From Antedon mediterranea (taxonomy: Eukaryota; Animalia; Echinodermata), in assembly GCF_964355755.1 (NCBI RefSeq), contig NC_092670.1, positions 20,074,795-20,138,794 on the forward strand: 64,000 bases of DNA, in the 5' to 3' direction. Within the stretch, counting starts at the first letter, position 1. Each line of letters begins with the position of its first letter. A model generated the notes under the pieces. The model was not told the DNA's origin. It made no database searches and saw nothing but the letters and a program-made list of their open reading frames with translations. Below are positions 15,301-30,300 of this stretch, piece after piece. A program made the position numbers and the translations under genes.

Positions 15301-18300
15301 AACATGTACTACAAATTCAATATCATATGTTATAAAATTAAGAATAAAAATTAAATACTTGGGCAAAGTTAATATTGGAAGGGCATTGTACAAAAATAAT
15401 GATGGGGTGTCCGATGGGTGTGGTCCCAAATGACATCATATAGTGCCATGACAACTCAAAAAACAACCAAAAAATGTTGGAACAGCTGTAGCGAAATCAT
15501 ATCATAAGCCATGTCGCATACCCCTAGATCATGCAGCCTGCGTTGATTACACGTAGCGATAAGATCAACGATCAAACTGGCGTGTACAGATTATATCTTG
15601 ACGCGTTACTGTGTCATAAAAAATTGACAGTACAGGCCTACATTGGACGGGGTATGCTATAAGTAAAGCTGACAGTTGGGAACCAAGCCCAAGTGACTAG
15701 GGTTACGGTGCTAGGCCCATGGCCAGTCAGATCTCTCAAGGGGGAAGATCGTTTCCCCTTCCTAAACACTATAGGTCAGTTGAGATCACATGTGGGTCAG
15801 TGTATCTATCATTATGACATTTGTTGTCATAGTGATGTGTCTGATGATTGACAGGTACAATATCACATTTCTTTGTTCATTACAATTCTGTAAAGACTAG
15901 ACTTATCATATTAATCTCTTGTAATATTTGTAGAACAATTATTAAACTACCAAAACCAAACCAAACAAAACAGTTCAGAAAAAAAATTCCCTTTTATTGT
16001 TAATTACTCACATATACTGTAGATATTTATATACTTAAAGACCACTAAGCCACCACCACTAAGATAACTCTTCAGGGGCAGATCCAGGACTTTTTAAACT
16101 ATGGGGCAATTCCACGGTAACGGAATTACACTTTTTCCATAATTTGATAATTTAATTCATTGTACCATTTATACTTGGATGCAGATTTTTAAAAAACTTT
16201 AATAGTTTTATAGCTAGTGAACCTACAAATAACTTGACCAATAATTTTTTGGGAAAAGCCTATCATAATGTTACATAATTTCATAAAATATGTTTATGGA
16301 ATTTCGAAAAATACCCTCACATTTTTACTCCTAAATATTCATCAATATCCCTGTAAATTGTATTGGTTACAGAATTACGGTTACGAATTACCTTATAATA
16401 ATAATAATTAGTCAGTCAAAAACTAACTAATTCATTTTATCTCTCCAAAGCTAAGTTGCACATCCTTAGCGCTCTCTTCGCACCTGGACTCGCGCTTATT
16501 TATGTTATGATGTAAAATGTTCAATTAAGTTGTTCTTATAAGTTTTTTTTATAATCTAAAAATAAAAATAATTGTTTAAAAATAGAAACAACATTTATAA
16601 AACTGCAGGACCATGAAAGGGTTCCATTTAATAGGGATGTCCTCCTGAAAGAATGGTGAATGACATGTCCTTCTCTATCTTGGAGGAAAAAACATCTTTA
16701 AAGAGATAAACTTGAAAAGGGACGTCATTTTCGTAACAAAAGGAATTAACACTACTCTTTGGTAGTTAACACTAGGAATTAACGGAATTAAATGCTAATG
16801 AAATTAAATAATAATGCTAACTAACGGAATTAAAGTAGGAATTAACATTTCAACTTTGGTTGAATACAGAATATTGATATGATGGTTCATTGAGTTTAAA
16901 CCAGTATAACTTTTATTTTATCTTACGTTTTATCGCATCAGTTGTACTGAAATGAAAAGAACTATTATAGTAGTGGCTAAAACTGTAATCAAGTGTCAAG
17001 ACTTTGTAATAGTCTCGGAATAACAGAAAGAACGTTAGTTGACTAGTTTAATAATACACATCATATATAGATAATTTAGATCACTTGGGTAGAGTGCTTG
17101 ATACACGGAGGTAGAGCTAAATAAAATAAAACGATACCAGATGAACTAAGATGACTTGTAGTGAATAAATATGAAGTCATCTAAGTTCTTCTTTTATCTA
17201 TTTATTTTATATATTATATACTGTATAAAGGCATCCGTTCTGCTCTTATTTCTAAGTGATGAGTGGAGTAGAAGTATACACTTCAGAACTGTTGGATATA
17301 AGTTTACAATTTTATCAATTTAGATAATGTTTCATATTTCTTTTTTAATCATTAAATCACATTTTTTTATATAAATAAAAAAAATCGTTTCATTTATCAA
17401 ATTAAAGGAAGTGAAATTTTTAAATAAAAAATTGAATTGCTTCTAATTTAATTTTGAAAGATGAATCTGTCATTTCATCTTTAGAGATTGATGTGTTCTG
17501 TCAATAGGCAATGTTTTCAAGTACAAACTAAAAAGGGCACATGCTGTGAGAGCCAGAAGCGCAAATATACTGTATGTTAAATTGAAGGTAAAATACTAAT
17601 AGATGAATGTATTCTATATACTGTGGTTAACCAATTCTTTAAATATTAAACATGGTAGATTATTAACTACATTATTTTAAAATTTGTAAGTACAGGTTGA
17701 AAGAACTCAAACGAAAACTAATAGTTTGGTCACATGATCTGCTGTCTGCGAACGTGATTGTTGGTAGTAATAATCACATAAACACGTAATGTAAATCATA
17801 CATACTGTATCCACTCTGACCGATTCTATGATTCAATCAGAGTCTAGACAAAAAGGCAGACAACTGGAAGAATACTGGTATGCAAAAACAAACATCATCA
17901 AGTAATTTGTTTTGTGGAGATTAAAAAAGGAAAGGAAAGAAGGAAATCTTCGACCAATAGCGGTAAAATTTGTTGTTGAAAAGTTACAAAATATGTTTAC
18001 TTGATGCAGTTTGAAATTGTATTTTGATGTTCAAGTTAATTGATAATTTAATCATACATTTATTTATGATATATTTGTTGAACTATACACATTGTTTAAT
18101 CAGGGAAGAGTGACATTACAATTTATCAATAATAATTTCACTCTTCTCTGGTTTTATTAATTTAAAAATGGCAGATAGTGTGGGAGTTTAACATTGATTA
18201 GGAAAAGAGGATTTGTGGTTTAAAAGTTTACAAACAGAAGAAAAAAAAAAGTGTTGAAAGGATCACCTGTGTATAAAAGTTTTAATGAATGGAATTCATA

Positions 18301-21300
18301 AAGGTTGTGAAGTAAGAATTAATTATCTACATGATTAACTAAATATCATTCACAAATGACCGATTCTTATTAATAAACCTTTAAAACAAAGTAAGTACTG
18401 TCCAATTGTAGTACATCATAGGAATCATTTGATTGCCTTGTTTTGGGAATGAATATTGGGCTAGTTAGGCCTAGACGTTTAGGCTTAGCGGAAATTTGCA
18501 ATGCAGTGTTTACCAATATATTACCTACTGTATCGCTTAGCCTAACATGAAAGGTAAAGATTAGCTTATTTTTATTTTGTTATATGTTATTTTGGAATAT
18601 AAAAAGTACAAAACGATAGCACACAGCTAAAATAGTTTGTATTACAAAAAAAAAAAAATTAAACTCTATAAAAATACAAATATATTGCAAAACAACTTTG
18701 AAAAATGCAATTACAATGTTAAATTAATAAAATGGGAATAATAAAATATAATACTTATTACTATATATAACAATTAAGTTATCTCCACTGTTCTTCAAAT
18801 GATTACTTTTTAATGTTATATAGATGATCATATTGCTCAAATTAACAAGAGGCATTCAGTTTTTTAATAATATATGGAATCGCTGAGTTTTTATATCTAT
18901 TAGTGGTTATTCTAGGTAATGTAAATCTAAATCTATACACTATTATAGCATTAGAGCAATTTGCCAGTACCATCAAGGGACAACTAATTGCTTTAGAAAT
19001 ATTATAATAATATGATGTTATGTTTAGTTTCAGATTTTGTTAGTAAATAACAGCTTAATTTTTATTCAACTAATTAAAAAACAAAATCTCTTTAGATAGG
19101 CAATACTTTCAGAAATTTCCGAGGCACTAAACTACAGTAAAAAGATCAGTCAAATGCAAGTATCTTGCAAATCATTGTTAAGGAAGTCAGATAAGTTATT
19201 ATTTGTACTTTTCTTTTTGATCTCAAGTGTGTGGGGCAGTGATCTCCCATGCAAGGATAGATTAAAGCATTTTTCCTGTAAATGTTTCCAAAATAAGACT
19301 GCAGTTGTAAACCTAGCCTAGGGGTTAATGTGGATCAACTTCTGAAATTAAATTTAACCGTTGCGTTTAATTGACATTTAATAGGCAAGAAGTTTACGGT
19401 GCTTCAATTCAGTTAAATTTCAATCATCCATGTTTGTTTATTTATTTGGGAATAAATATTGATCAAAAAGGCAATTACATATCTAGTGTATACCTGAATG
19501 TTGGAACATAATATGCACAGTTGTTTCCTGTTTACACTACTTTGCTTGGCCCCAAAACCAAATTTGACGGGAAATGAAAGAGAGGAATCCACTGTCAAAT
19601 TTGACGAAAATTGGAAGAGGATTCCATTGTCTGTTTATGAATGAATAAAAATACAAAAATCATATATTTCAATTATGTAATAAAACTTACCCCACATTGT
19701 GTGATCACTGGATCTTTGAATACATTCCGACACAGCATGCAAAATAACTTGCGATTCGGTGCTTCGGTAAATACAAGAACCTCGGGCTGAGAAGAATAAT
19801 AGATAAACATAATTTTAATATTCCAATTCCGACGTAAACCGAAAACGCAGGCAAATTTTTTAGTGAATGTTGCGATGCTGCGTTCATATGACAACTAACA
19901 CCTGCTATCGAAACCAAGTTTTTAGTGCGCAAACTATCTTTCACTTTAGCAGCTAAAGCGGTGACTTTTTAATGATCGACGCAGATTTTATCAGATACAA
20001 GTGAATGACTGTATACATTCTATCTATTCACATCTTATGGTTTTTTTTTTCAGAATTAAAATTTTCCCAGTGGAATTTTAGCAAGGACATCAGTAGTTTA
20101 CATCTATACCTTCTGTTTGGAAACTTTCAAGATGAGGTTACACTTTTTAAATCATTTAAAATTTCATTTTTTTTCTTACGATTCCCTTACGTATAATTAC
20201 ATGCCGATATTCCAAGGAAATATCTTCATTAGACATCATGACAAATGATAAAATTGGAAATCATTTGATTTTGAATTTGATTAGATAATATAGATACATT
20301 CCAGGAAACATCTGGATTTTGGTTAATCACAATAAAAAAAAACACCAAATAACTGATAAAATACACATTATAAATAAAAAAACTTGATTTATCACAGCAT
20401 AATCTATAGGAGCAAAAAACGCATGCTACGAAAAAAACAATTAATTCAATAAAGTGAAGGGAGTGCTAAGAAAGAAAGAGGAACACAAGTCTAAATATAC
20501 TTAACATTAAAAGAAATGCATAAATTTGTAATGAAAAACGATGATAACACGTCTTCTATAAATTATTTTCATCTCAACAATCTGCTGCTTTACTTAAACA
20601 TCAATCATATTTTATAATAATTTCAAATACTATGAATTTATTAAACAATGCTATGATTGTGTATGACATATTAAAAAAAATGGAAAAGTTTAATACCAAG
20701 CATATGTAATGTTATTTAATTCAAATACCAAACAACAACATGTTAACAAATACAAATTATTAAGGATTACTACTTACTTCTACGATATTTTTTAATACGG
20801 TTTCAGAAAAAGGAGGCATTTTTCAAACAAGACAGTAGTAGTACCGCAGTATCAAGTTGTCCTTCAATGTTGAGGAGCTAGGCACTTCCAGTAAACACTA
20901 CCTACTAAATACCGTCCATTACTATGTCAATTTACAGTCGCTAATGTAACATGCGCACATTACATCAGCACACCGCATTTCCTAATGAACTCCCAGTAAC
21001 CTTTAAACCCAGCGACTTTGATGTTTCGACATCGCAGGCATCAAACGCTAACATCCTTCCTAAACCCAGAGTAATGGATAGCTTGACACGCAAATTGAAA
21101 ACACGCTGGATGCGTAGGAAGCCAGCAAATCAGTTTGAGTTCTTATCGCAATAACAGCCTAACTATAATCAGTTTATCAACGTTCTGTTAGCTCCATTAC
21201 CATTAAAGACTACTTGTGTAAAATAAATATAATTCACAAACAAATCTTATCATAATTACTATCATTACTGATCATTGATGTAATAAAAATAATCAAATAA

Positions 21301-24300
21301 CAAATCTTACCACAATTACGACATCTCCAGATATTTCATAGAGATTGCTAATTAAGGAATCGCCTCATATAAATAAAGACATACTATTTAGATACAACAT
21401 TTTTTACAAAAGTGGGAGAGTTATGAGGTAGTATGAAATTCAGTGAATTTTTCAATACAACAAATTAAATATAAACAAATTATGAGAAAACATTTTTGTA
21501 TACACATAGAAAATCAAATAAAAAATGATTGCAAAAACAATTCTAATTTTCTGGGGAAAATGGTGTTTTATTGACAATTTGCAATTTAGACAGACAATAG
21601 AAATTAATTTGTAAACTTTACAAAGTAATTTTTGAAAGCTTAAAACCTTCAAATAATTAAATAAAGTTTGCGATATAATCAGAATCACGTTGTCAGTATA
21701 CTTGTAATCAATTTATCAAAATTTGTTTAATTCACATCATATTGTGATCAATATCACACTTTCTCCTATACTTTCAATCTTGTTTCGTTTACGTAGGTTT
21801 TTTATTAATTAATTATTCTCATAATTGCTTTCAATTTGAAAAGGTTTATTCCAAAAGTAAAAGGATTAGATTTGTTTGATCAGAGTAATTACATCATAGG
21901 TTCTGGGCATTCAAATCTGTGCCACAGCTTTTAGGGTTCTAGTCTCTTGATCAGCTACCATGCATGGGGTAGCTCAGGCTCATTTGAGTTACTTAGTACT
22001 TACAATTGAGTAATGTTTCTTCACCTATGAGTACAAATGGGTACAAGTCATATATGTAACTAACCTAAAAAAACGGCCATCTACAACCATGTTATTCTTA
22101 TTGAAAGTGTGCAGAAAATCCAGAGATTAGAAGGGAATGCTGGCTCATTTGTGTTAAGCTACCCAAAAATGTTTTTATTTTATATGCTATGTATGTTTGA
22201 TATTGATATGGTATTGATATAATCCTTATCGAATAAATGAATGAAACAGAGTAGTTTGGTTAAAAACTCAGGGGAGGGGAATCTGAGCTGTTCAACTAAA
22301 TAACATTTTCGTCGCCTATGAGTACAAGTCATACTATACGTGTGATTAAACTAATAAGATTGACTGATGATAAAACAATTGCTGATATTCCAACACAAAA
22401 TGCATTTACAGTATATATACCAAACCAGGCTGTCCAAACCATCAATAATTTAAAATGACTATATTATTGAAAATAGATTTTCCATTGCATAGCAGTAATA
22501 GTAAGCTACAGTATAGTGTATGTATGCTGACTGTCAACAGCTACTAAACTCTATAATCTAAGCTAAACCACAGTACACTTTGCTGTTATGGTCACTAACA
22601 AAAAGGGCTAGATGTACCCTTGGGCAAAGCAAAGCACTTTGACAAAATCAAAACAGCCATCTATAACCATGTTACTATAATTGATAAGTGTGTAAAAAAT
22701 CCACTGGGAGACTAGAGGGGAACGATATTTCCCCCTATAAACCAGCACAGAAAAATTCAAGGGCATAGTATGGCAGCAGTAAGTATTATTTCACAGTGTT
22801 TTTGACTGGTTATTGGGGTTGTCAACTTCCTGTAACTTTATGTAATCTATTAAAACCATATACAAACCCAGTCAAGTAAAATTCATACATTGAATGACTT
22901 TGCATAAAATGACATATCTTCTGACAGAAGAAATACACCAAATGTATGGTCTTTATTTTTTGCCATTGATAATAAACAGCATGAACGTGCAATCAAATGA
23001 ATTAACGCCATTTATTACACTTCATCAAAAATCTTTCCGTTTCTGGATTTGTTGACATTTTTTGACACCTTTCAGCAAATAAGATATTACAAAGCATTTA
23101 AAGTAATAAAATAAATTGAGAATTTTCACACCTCGAGTTACAGACTAAGGCTGGTGTGTGTATAAGCAGCGCCAGACAACACTGACATTGCACAATTTTA
23201 ATATGATTGACAATATCAACTGCCACTGGTCTTACTCACTTTTTTGTGGAATATTTATTTTTCTTTTTACAACACGCAGTCACTAACAAAAAACAATCTG
23301 GTACTATTAAACAAAGATTGGATTTGAACCCAGGAGTCTAGAATGTATAAGCAATGTGTCAACCAACAGTGTAACTCTAATATTATTGTGTATGTGAAAG
23401 AAACCATGTAGGTACCATTATACTAAATCTGGCAAGTGATTCTTGACACCTTGCTGTCTCGTATACCGTGTGGCTGGTGGTTTGTGATTGTATCTACCAT
23501 CATTAAAACTGATAATTAAAATAAGAAAACTGGACAAGGTACAATACAGAAAATGTTTAAAATAACAGAAAAGGATGGACTAAAAAAATAAACAAAATAA
23601 TAATTATGCATTAATAAATATATTGAAATATATCAAATATTGTTAATCTATAAAATAGATTTACAAGGAAGACGAAGTATTGCAAAACTGCATGCAATAA
23701 AGATAGAAGAAGAAGAACAGATAGAAAGTAGAAAACAAGGATTGAACCAGGATACTGGGATTGCAAGGGAGGTACACTATATTTAGGTGCAAAGTACTGC
23801 AGTAGAAATATGTTAATAATACTAACAATTAATCTATTTTGCTTGTGAATAGGGATGGGCATAAATGCATGCAACAGAGACTATGGTACATCTATCAGGG
23901 AACATCACAGTTTTACCTGTTCCGGTTCTTCAGGAGAGCTTATAGATTTCTGAAGTTCAGCATAGCGGTTTGTCTTTGGTTTTACATCCGGTGATACGGT
24001 TACTGTAGCCTAGACACATGCATAAAAAACATTTCAAAAATGTTGATTACAAGATTACAGTAGAACTCCTATTAAGGGGACACATTTGGGACCTAATAAA
24101 GTGTCCCCAGAAAAGGGGTGTACCCTGAATAGGGGTGGACTAGAGTGTTATCGTTATCATTACTGGCTATCTTCTTTCCTCCTCCTTTGACTTAAACATC
24201 GATTCATAAAGCTCTGGAAAGACCCTGGGAAAAAGCACTAGAGATTGTCATTCATCAACTGCACGAATTGTCAAAAAAAACTATATATTATAAGAGTCGT

Positions 24301-27300
24301 TGACCTAAAAAAGATCGCAGATACAGCTTATTAACTAGTCTTAAAATAATAAAAACAGATTATAAGAAAATTTCAGAGAACTTTAATTTAGGTTAACTTT
24401 CTTTTCAAGATATGATGTATAGAAATGAGTAGATTCTAAAATTGGGACTTTATCTATATCGCCACCTGGAAACTAAAAAGGAAATTAAATATATATCTAC
24501 TTGCAATATTTTGTTTTTATTTCATGTTTTTATTTTTTTATATTGTATATTGGTATTTAGAAAGGAAATAGATAAATTTATAACACTTGACTTGATAGTT
24601 AGATTTGAACTGCAACAGATCATGATTGACCCAGAAAAATCTGATGAAGCCTCTTAAAATCCCACAATGATATAACTGAACTGAACATCAGTAGTAGGCC
24701 TTCACATTTATCATTTTGTGTCCTTTACATTTGTACAACATAAAAAAGATCTTTTCCTGCAAACTCAGCAGGACATTAATGTTACAGTATCATCTATAAA
24801 AATTGTAAACCCGAGAGACCTAATCTACAAATTGTGCATTTTTTTTGTCCTTAGGATATTGGCATAGTGTGTAAAATGACGTAAACGATGTTCTTATGTT
24901 TTTAATCTATGCTCAAGGCTCTTTAAAAAAAACCACTACAAGGCCTCCACAGTTTACACAAGAGCTGGGAGCATCTTGCCCAACTCTTACTTTAGAAATT
25001 GTAGGTTTAAATTTTTTCAACCAGTTCTACTTAGTTTCGCCAAAAGCACTCTTCCCTTATTGGAAGTTGGGAGTTTTTCCACCAAGTTCCACCTTGCTCA
25101 AAAGCCATCTTAGAGAGATTGTAACTTCAAATTTGTCCACCAGGCCCTCTTACCTTTGTTGTAAGTGTGATACCCACCCAGTAATGCCAACAAGATTCTT
25201 ACTTTGGAGTTTATAGGTTTGGGTTCTGTCTGGTTGCTTGACAGAACTATTACCTTTTACATCTCCAGCAAGCAAAACACACCAAAGTATAGTCAAATCT
25301 CAGTTTGCAAAATAAAACCATTACTATTAGAAACTGATTCAACATGATGTTCTTTAAGGATGTAGAAAAATTGTTTTATAATCTATGCCTTGAAGCTCCC
25401 AATATATAAAACCACATGATATCCGTATATCTAGAGCAATATTATATCATAACCACATTATTTTCCAAATCAAAATTAGTTTCTAAAACAAATTACTATC
25501 ATTTACAAAGATCAAGGCCAATTGCCAGTTTTTCAATTAATAATAAAATGAAACTTATGATAAAGTTTGATATTTGAATTTGCTTTTAATCCAGATTTAA
25601 TATCTCCTTTCACGTTTAACTGGATTGAAGTCACTAATAATTAATTTTAATAGGTTATTAGTGTCACTATGACATGACCGAGTATAATCCCTCGGGGCTT
25701 GGATATGAAATTTGGGGAAAGTTTTGAGGGTGGAATTATACTTGGACTGCATTGACAATGGAATTTCCCAAATGTGGTAGTCATATTCCCAAATGTGGTA
25801 GTGATATGACATCATCATGTCCATATATGAGCACATCACATGTTTTTGTCACAAAAACTTTGATATTGTAGACAGAGCTTTAGATTTCAATAAAATACTT
25901 ACGCATATCTAATGAGTGAGATTATCTTGTAGATGATAACACATCACCCAAAAAGTTAACCAAATGAGTACCTACCACCATGTCTGTGCACAATTTAGCA
26001 ACAAACCGCAAGTCACGCTTAATTCTCTACAATACATTCCTCAAAGCAATGCATTCGTTTAAATGTTTAAATAGTTACCTTATTATCGGTGAGATCTGAA
26101 CTGTCAAAAGATGTGATTGAAGGGCTTCTGTTGTTGAATGGGGGTGATGGCGGCGATAACAACTGCAAAGTTTCAGAAAATTCTACAGAAAAAAAAAGAG
26201 AACGAACTATATTAATACATTTTTATCATTGTTATTAGTTGTTTGGGCATATTTATTAAATTCAATTCAAAATTGATTCCGGATTTTACAGTACAAACAA
26301 TAACACATACATCACACATGCTAGACCAGGGAGGCTCACTTTCGATGGGACGTCTCTTATAACATAGAGGTTCATTGTAATACAGTATCTCTATGCTTAT
26401 AAAATGTCTTGAAGATTGGGATTATTTTGCCGCAAGAAGAACTTCACGAAATCATATAAGATTGGAACTTTGGAAATCAAATGGTACAAATACGTTTTGG
26501 AAGTAACTATCTTTGTCACCACTGTGGTAGTACTTTACAGTAATATTATTAAGATTGATAACATAATGTTGGATTATATTGAATTGCTACAATCTATTTC
26601 ATTTCTTTTTTCTTTTTTTTATTTCAAATCTGACTCAATACAAACATTAGATAAATGATTCTTTTATTTTAATTGAATTGCCTTATATTGTAGTTAGATT
26701 GCCGTTTTAGATTGTCATGACATTATGAGTGACAATTATTAGAACACGACAGGTGACACCTTTGACAAGTGACACATGGCAATCAAAAAGTAAAATGAAA
26801 CAATAAAATTGAATTGAAAAAAAAATTTTGGTAAAAAAAAGTTTTATTGATTGCGTCATATTATTTTAGATGACTATCAAATAAAATATTTACGTTTCAA
26901 ATGTTGTTATAGTATAATATTCGGAACGACATGAATACACAAAAACTAAAGTAAAAGTGACAAAATCTTGTGCTCTTATGATTCTGCAAAGACAGAAGTC
27001 TACACTATCAAACTTTATGTGATTTTTGAACATGATGATGTCATATCACTACCACATTTGGGTACATTACACATGTTTTTTTTTTTCAAACTAGTTTGAT
27101 AGTGTAGACAGAGCTACATCAAAATGTTTAATATTCAATGAAAGAAAATATTTAGTGAATTTTTATAAGTTTAATTAAAACTATTTTTTGTTGAGATAGT
27201 GTTAGTTGTTTAGAATTAAGCGCTGTCTGCACTGTGCCCGAACATGGTAGTGATATGCCCAAATATGGTAGTGATATGACCTCATCATGTAGATATATGG

Positions 27301-30300
27301 GCACATCACATTGTCATATTAAGTTTGATAGTGTAGACCGGCGGCGGTGTAGACAGAGCTTTAGGTTCAGAGGGTCCTACAGTGAAGTGAGAGGTGGTCT
27401 TTAATTAGAATGTGTCTTGACTCTTTACTATATGTTATTAATATGGTTTTATTTTATACCTGAATTAGAAACAGTGATTGGTGGCGTTTTCATGATTAAA
27501 CTTGATGAATCTGTCTGTGGCTAAAAAAAAAGAAAATAAATATTTTACTAGAACAATCAAATGCAAAACAATTAATAGATTTATTTATGATGAAAGATAC
27601 AATTAACATATATAATCCTTAAATTATGAAATCAAATAAAAGTCACAGAATTAAAAACATATGATGCAAAAGAATATTTTAAGGAATAATTTATAAAATA
27701 TTAAGGATCTAAATGATTATTCTGTAATCTGAAAAAGGGTTGAGCAGTTTTTGTGCATAATTGTTCTTCTTCCAAATTCTATAAACTTAAATTTGTCATC
27801 GCGGAAATAGTTTTATAATGGAGTTAACAAGTTCTTTTCTACTTAAGAAGCAAATATGTTTATCTATGATAACGTCTAATGAAGATGATGCGTCATCAAT
27901 AGATGAAGTTAAAAGTATTATCATAAAATATTGTTATAGTTCTGTGAAAAAATTAACACAAGAAGAAACATCAACAAAATTAGTCCGAATTAATTAGTAC
28001 ATATCATAAATTATGAAATATTATACCTAAAAAAATTTCTCTCTCCCTCATCCAAACATTTTTGCTAGGTACCTGGATATAGGTGGAATTACCAATTGGG
28101 ACCTAATTACATTTCTGATAGCAAACTATTTTCAAAATACCAGGTCAGCATATATCATTATCAAGGTCTTGTTTTTATGAGTCAGGTTTTAAAGGTTGAT
28201 TCACACGTACAAAGATCCAACTAATTGTAACATTTAACATAAACTCTTATAAGGATGCAGGTTTATGAATGTACATCCGTGTAAAACTCTTGAGAAATCA
28301 ATGTTTTAGTTCTTGAGAAATACAACTTTGCTGAAGCTCCTTACAGAAGGTGTACAGAACTTTGGAAATTTAAGCTGAAATACAAGAACCACCAGGTTTT
28401 GTACACCCTAAAGGAACAAGTTCTTTCAAACAATTATTTCTAAGTTTTCACTGAAAAGACTGTTATAGATTGCATTGTTTTGGTTAAGAACCTATGTTTT
28501 ATCCAACTGCTTTTTAACCAATCTAGCCACAACCATAAAATCCCAACTGCGTAAGATTTTATGATTAAAATGAAATGGAAAAAATCATTTTGACATATAA
28601 CCATAGACAGACAGGCAAACAGACAGACTATACAGTCTTTAGGTTATGACACATTACCATTATTCTCAATCCATATTTCTTGGATAAAGTTGTGATGACT
28701 ACTGTACTTTCTCTTTCACTTGTAAATTAACATACTTACGAAACAGGGGGCATTCATTCAAGTGAATTTACGTGCTATTTCACAAGAAAATTCAATGATT
28801 TCTAGCCAAAACATCATCATGAAATTTGTTTATCAAAACTTAGAGATTTCTGAAGAATTTAAAAGAACAGAAATGTATGTCTATTATAAGATAATGTTTC
28901 TAATAGAAATTTTTCAATGGATAAACTTCAATGAGAAGTCATGAAAAGTATGTCAGATTGCTTAAACCTTAGAATGACAGTGACAGAAGAATCGAGGGAC
29001 AACTATTAAGAAAAACATAGTTTAAATATGCAATTAATGACTCAGTAATTCACTTAATGTTCAAATATTGATAAGGTCAGACTTGAGAATTCCCTTAGGG
29101 ATTTCTCGAGGGGTATACAGCGAGATCTACCTGAACAAATTACATGTTAAATGGTGTTAGTCAGCCAGATGTTATTGAATTTGATTTGTGAATCGGGGTA
29201 GAGGAAGGGTGTGTGTCGAGAATATCATGTCGCAAAAATATCCATAGTGATTTCAACGATTATATAAAGATATGATATCAGACATGGATGTTGGGAATGT
29301 AAACCAGGGATTAAATACATTTTACAAATTACAAGTGAGTCAAACTTTAGAAAGGTTTTGTCAAGGGGTGAAATACGTTCTTTCTGAAGAGTCAATGTAC
29401 TATATTTTGTCATGGAAAGGTTGTTATGAAGAGACTATTTTGAGTGCATAAGCCCTAAGTTACCTAAATTTAGTTATGGTTCAAGGAAAATTTTCCGGAA
29501 CTTAAAAACTAATAACATCAAAAGTTTGCAAGTATTGTACAGTAACAAAATAACATGTACCTTCTCACTTTGTATGCAACAAGACATGCTCAGCTGTATA
29601 TTTTTAATAATAACCTATTTTGGGTTAAAAGGTATGACCCATGACCAATACCGGATATATTATTATAGGTGATTTAATGTTTTACCTACAAATACATGCA
29701 GATTTTAAATGTCATTGCAGGTTGAATTCTATAGCAGACTACAAATATCTTGGAAACGCTTTTAGTGTTGATTATCTTTAGGAAAATATTTAGGCAATAA
29801 AATAGTCACATTGATTGCAAACAATAAATGAGTAAAAAGGCACAAAAAAACAACTTTCTTTGAAAATACGATATCATTTTACCACAAAATGGTACGGTAC
29901 CAGTTTCATGGTAAATTAGGTTTTCATACTGGAAGTCAATAAATTACAAGTACTACTGTCATCTTTAATGTAATTATGATTTTTGCTATATTATCATATT
30001 TGTATATCATTTGTCATGATCAACAAATTAAAACATGGTACCATAAAAGTAACAAGGACATCTAGTGTCATCTTTAATGTAATTCTAATTTTTGCTAGGC
30101 TATCATAATATCTTTGTCATAATCAACAAATTAAAACATGGTACCATAAAAGTAACAAGGACATCTAGGGTGAATGGCTTTAAATGCCAAATCTTGTTAA
30201 CAACAATGCCAGGCTAAAAAACCCAATCAAAATCTGTAAGCCGCCATTCCATCGACGACAAAACTAATTACAATCTCTCTAAGAACGACACCTAGATTTT

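Noticed and set aside
25903-25930. Donor gtaagt after ATGC as another coding first exon
   Set aside because: The ATG phase does not match the acceptor at 24009, and the phase-0 frame has a TAG just upstream.
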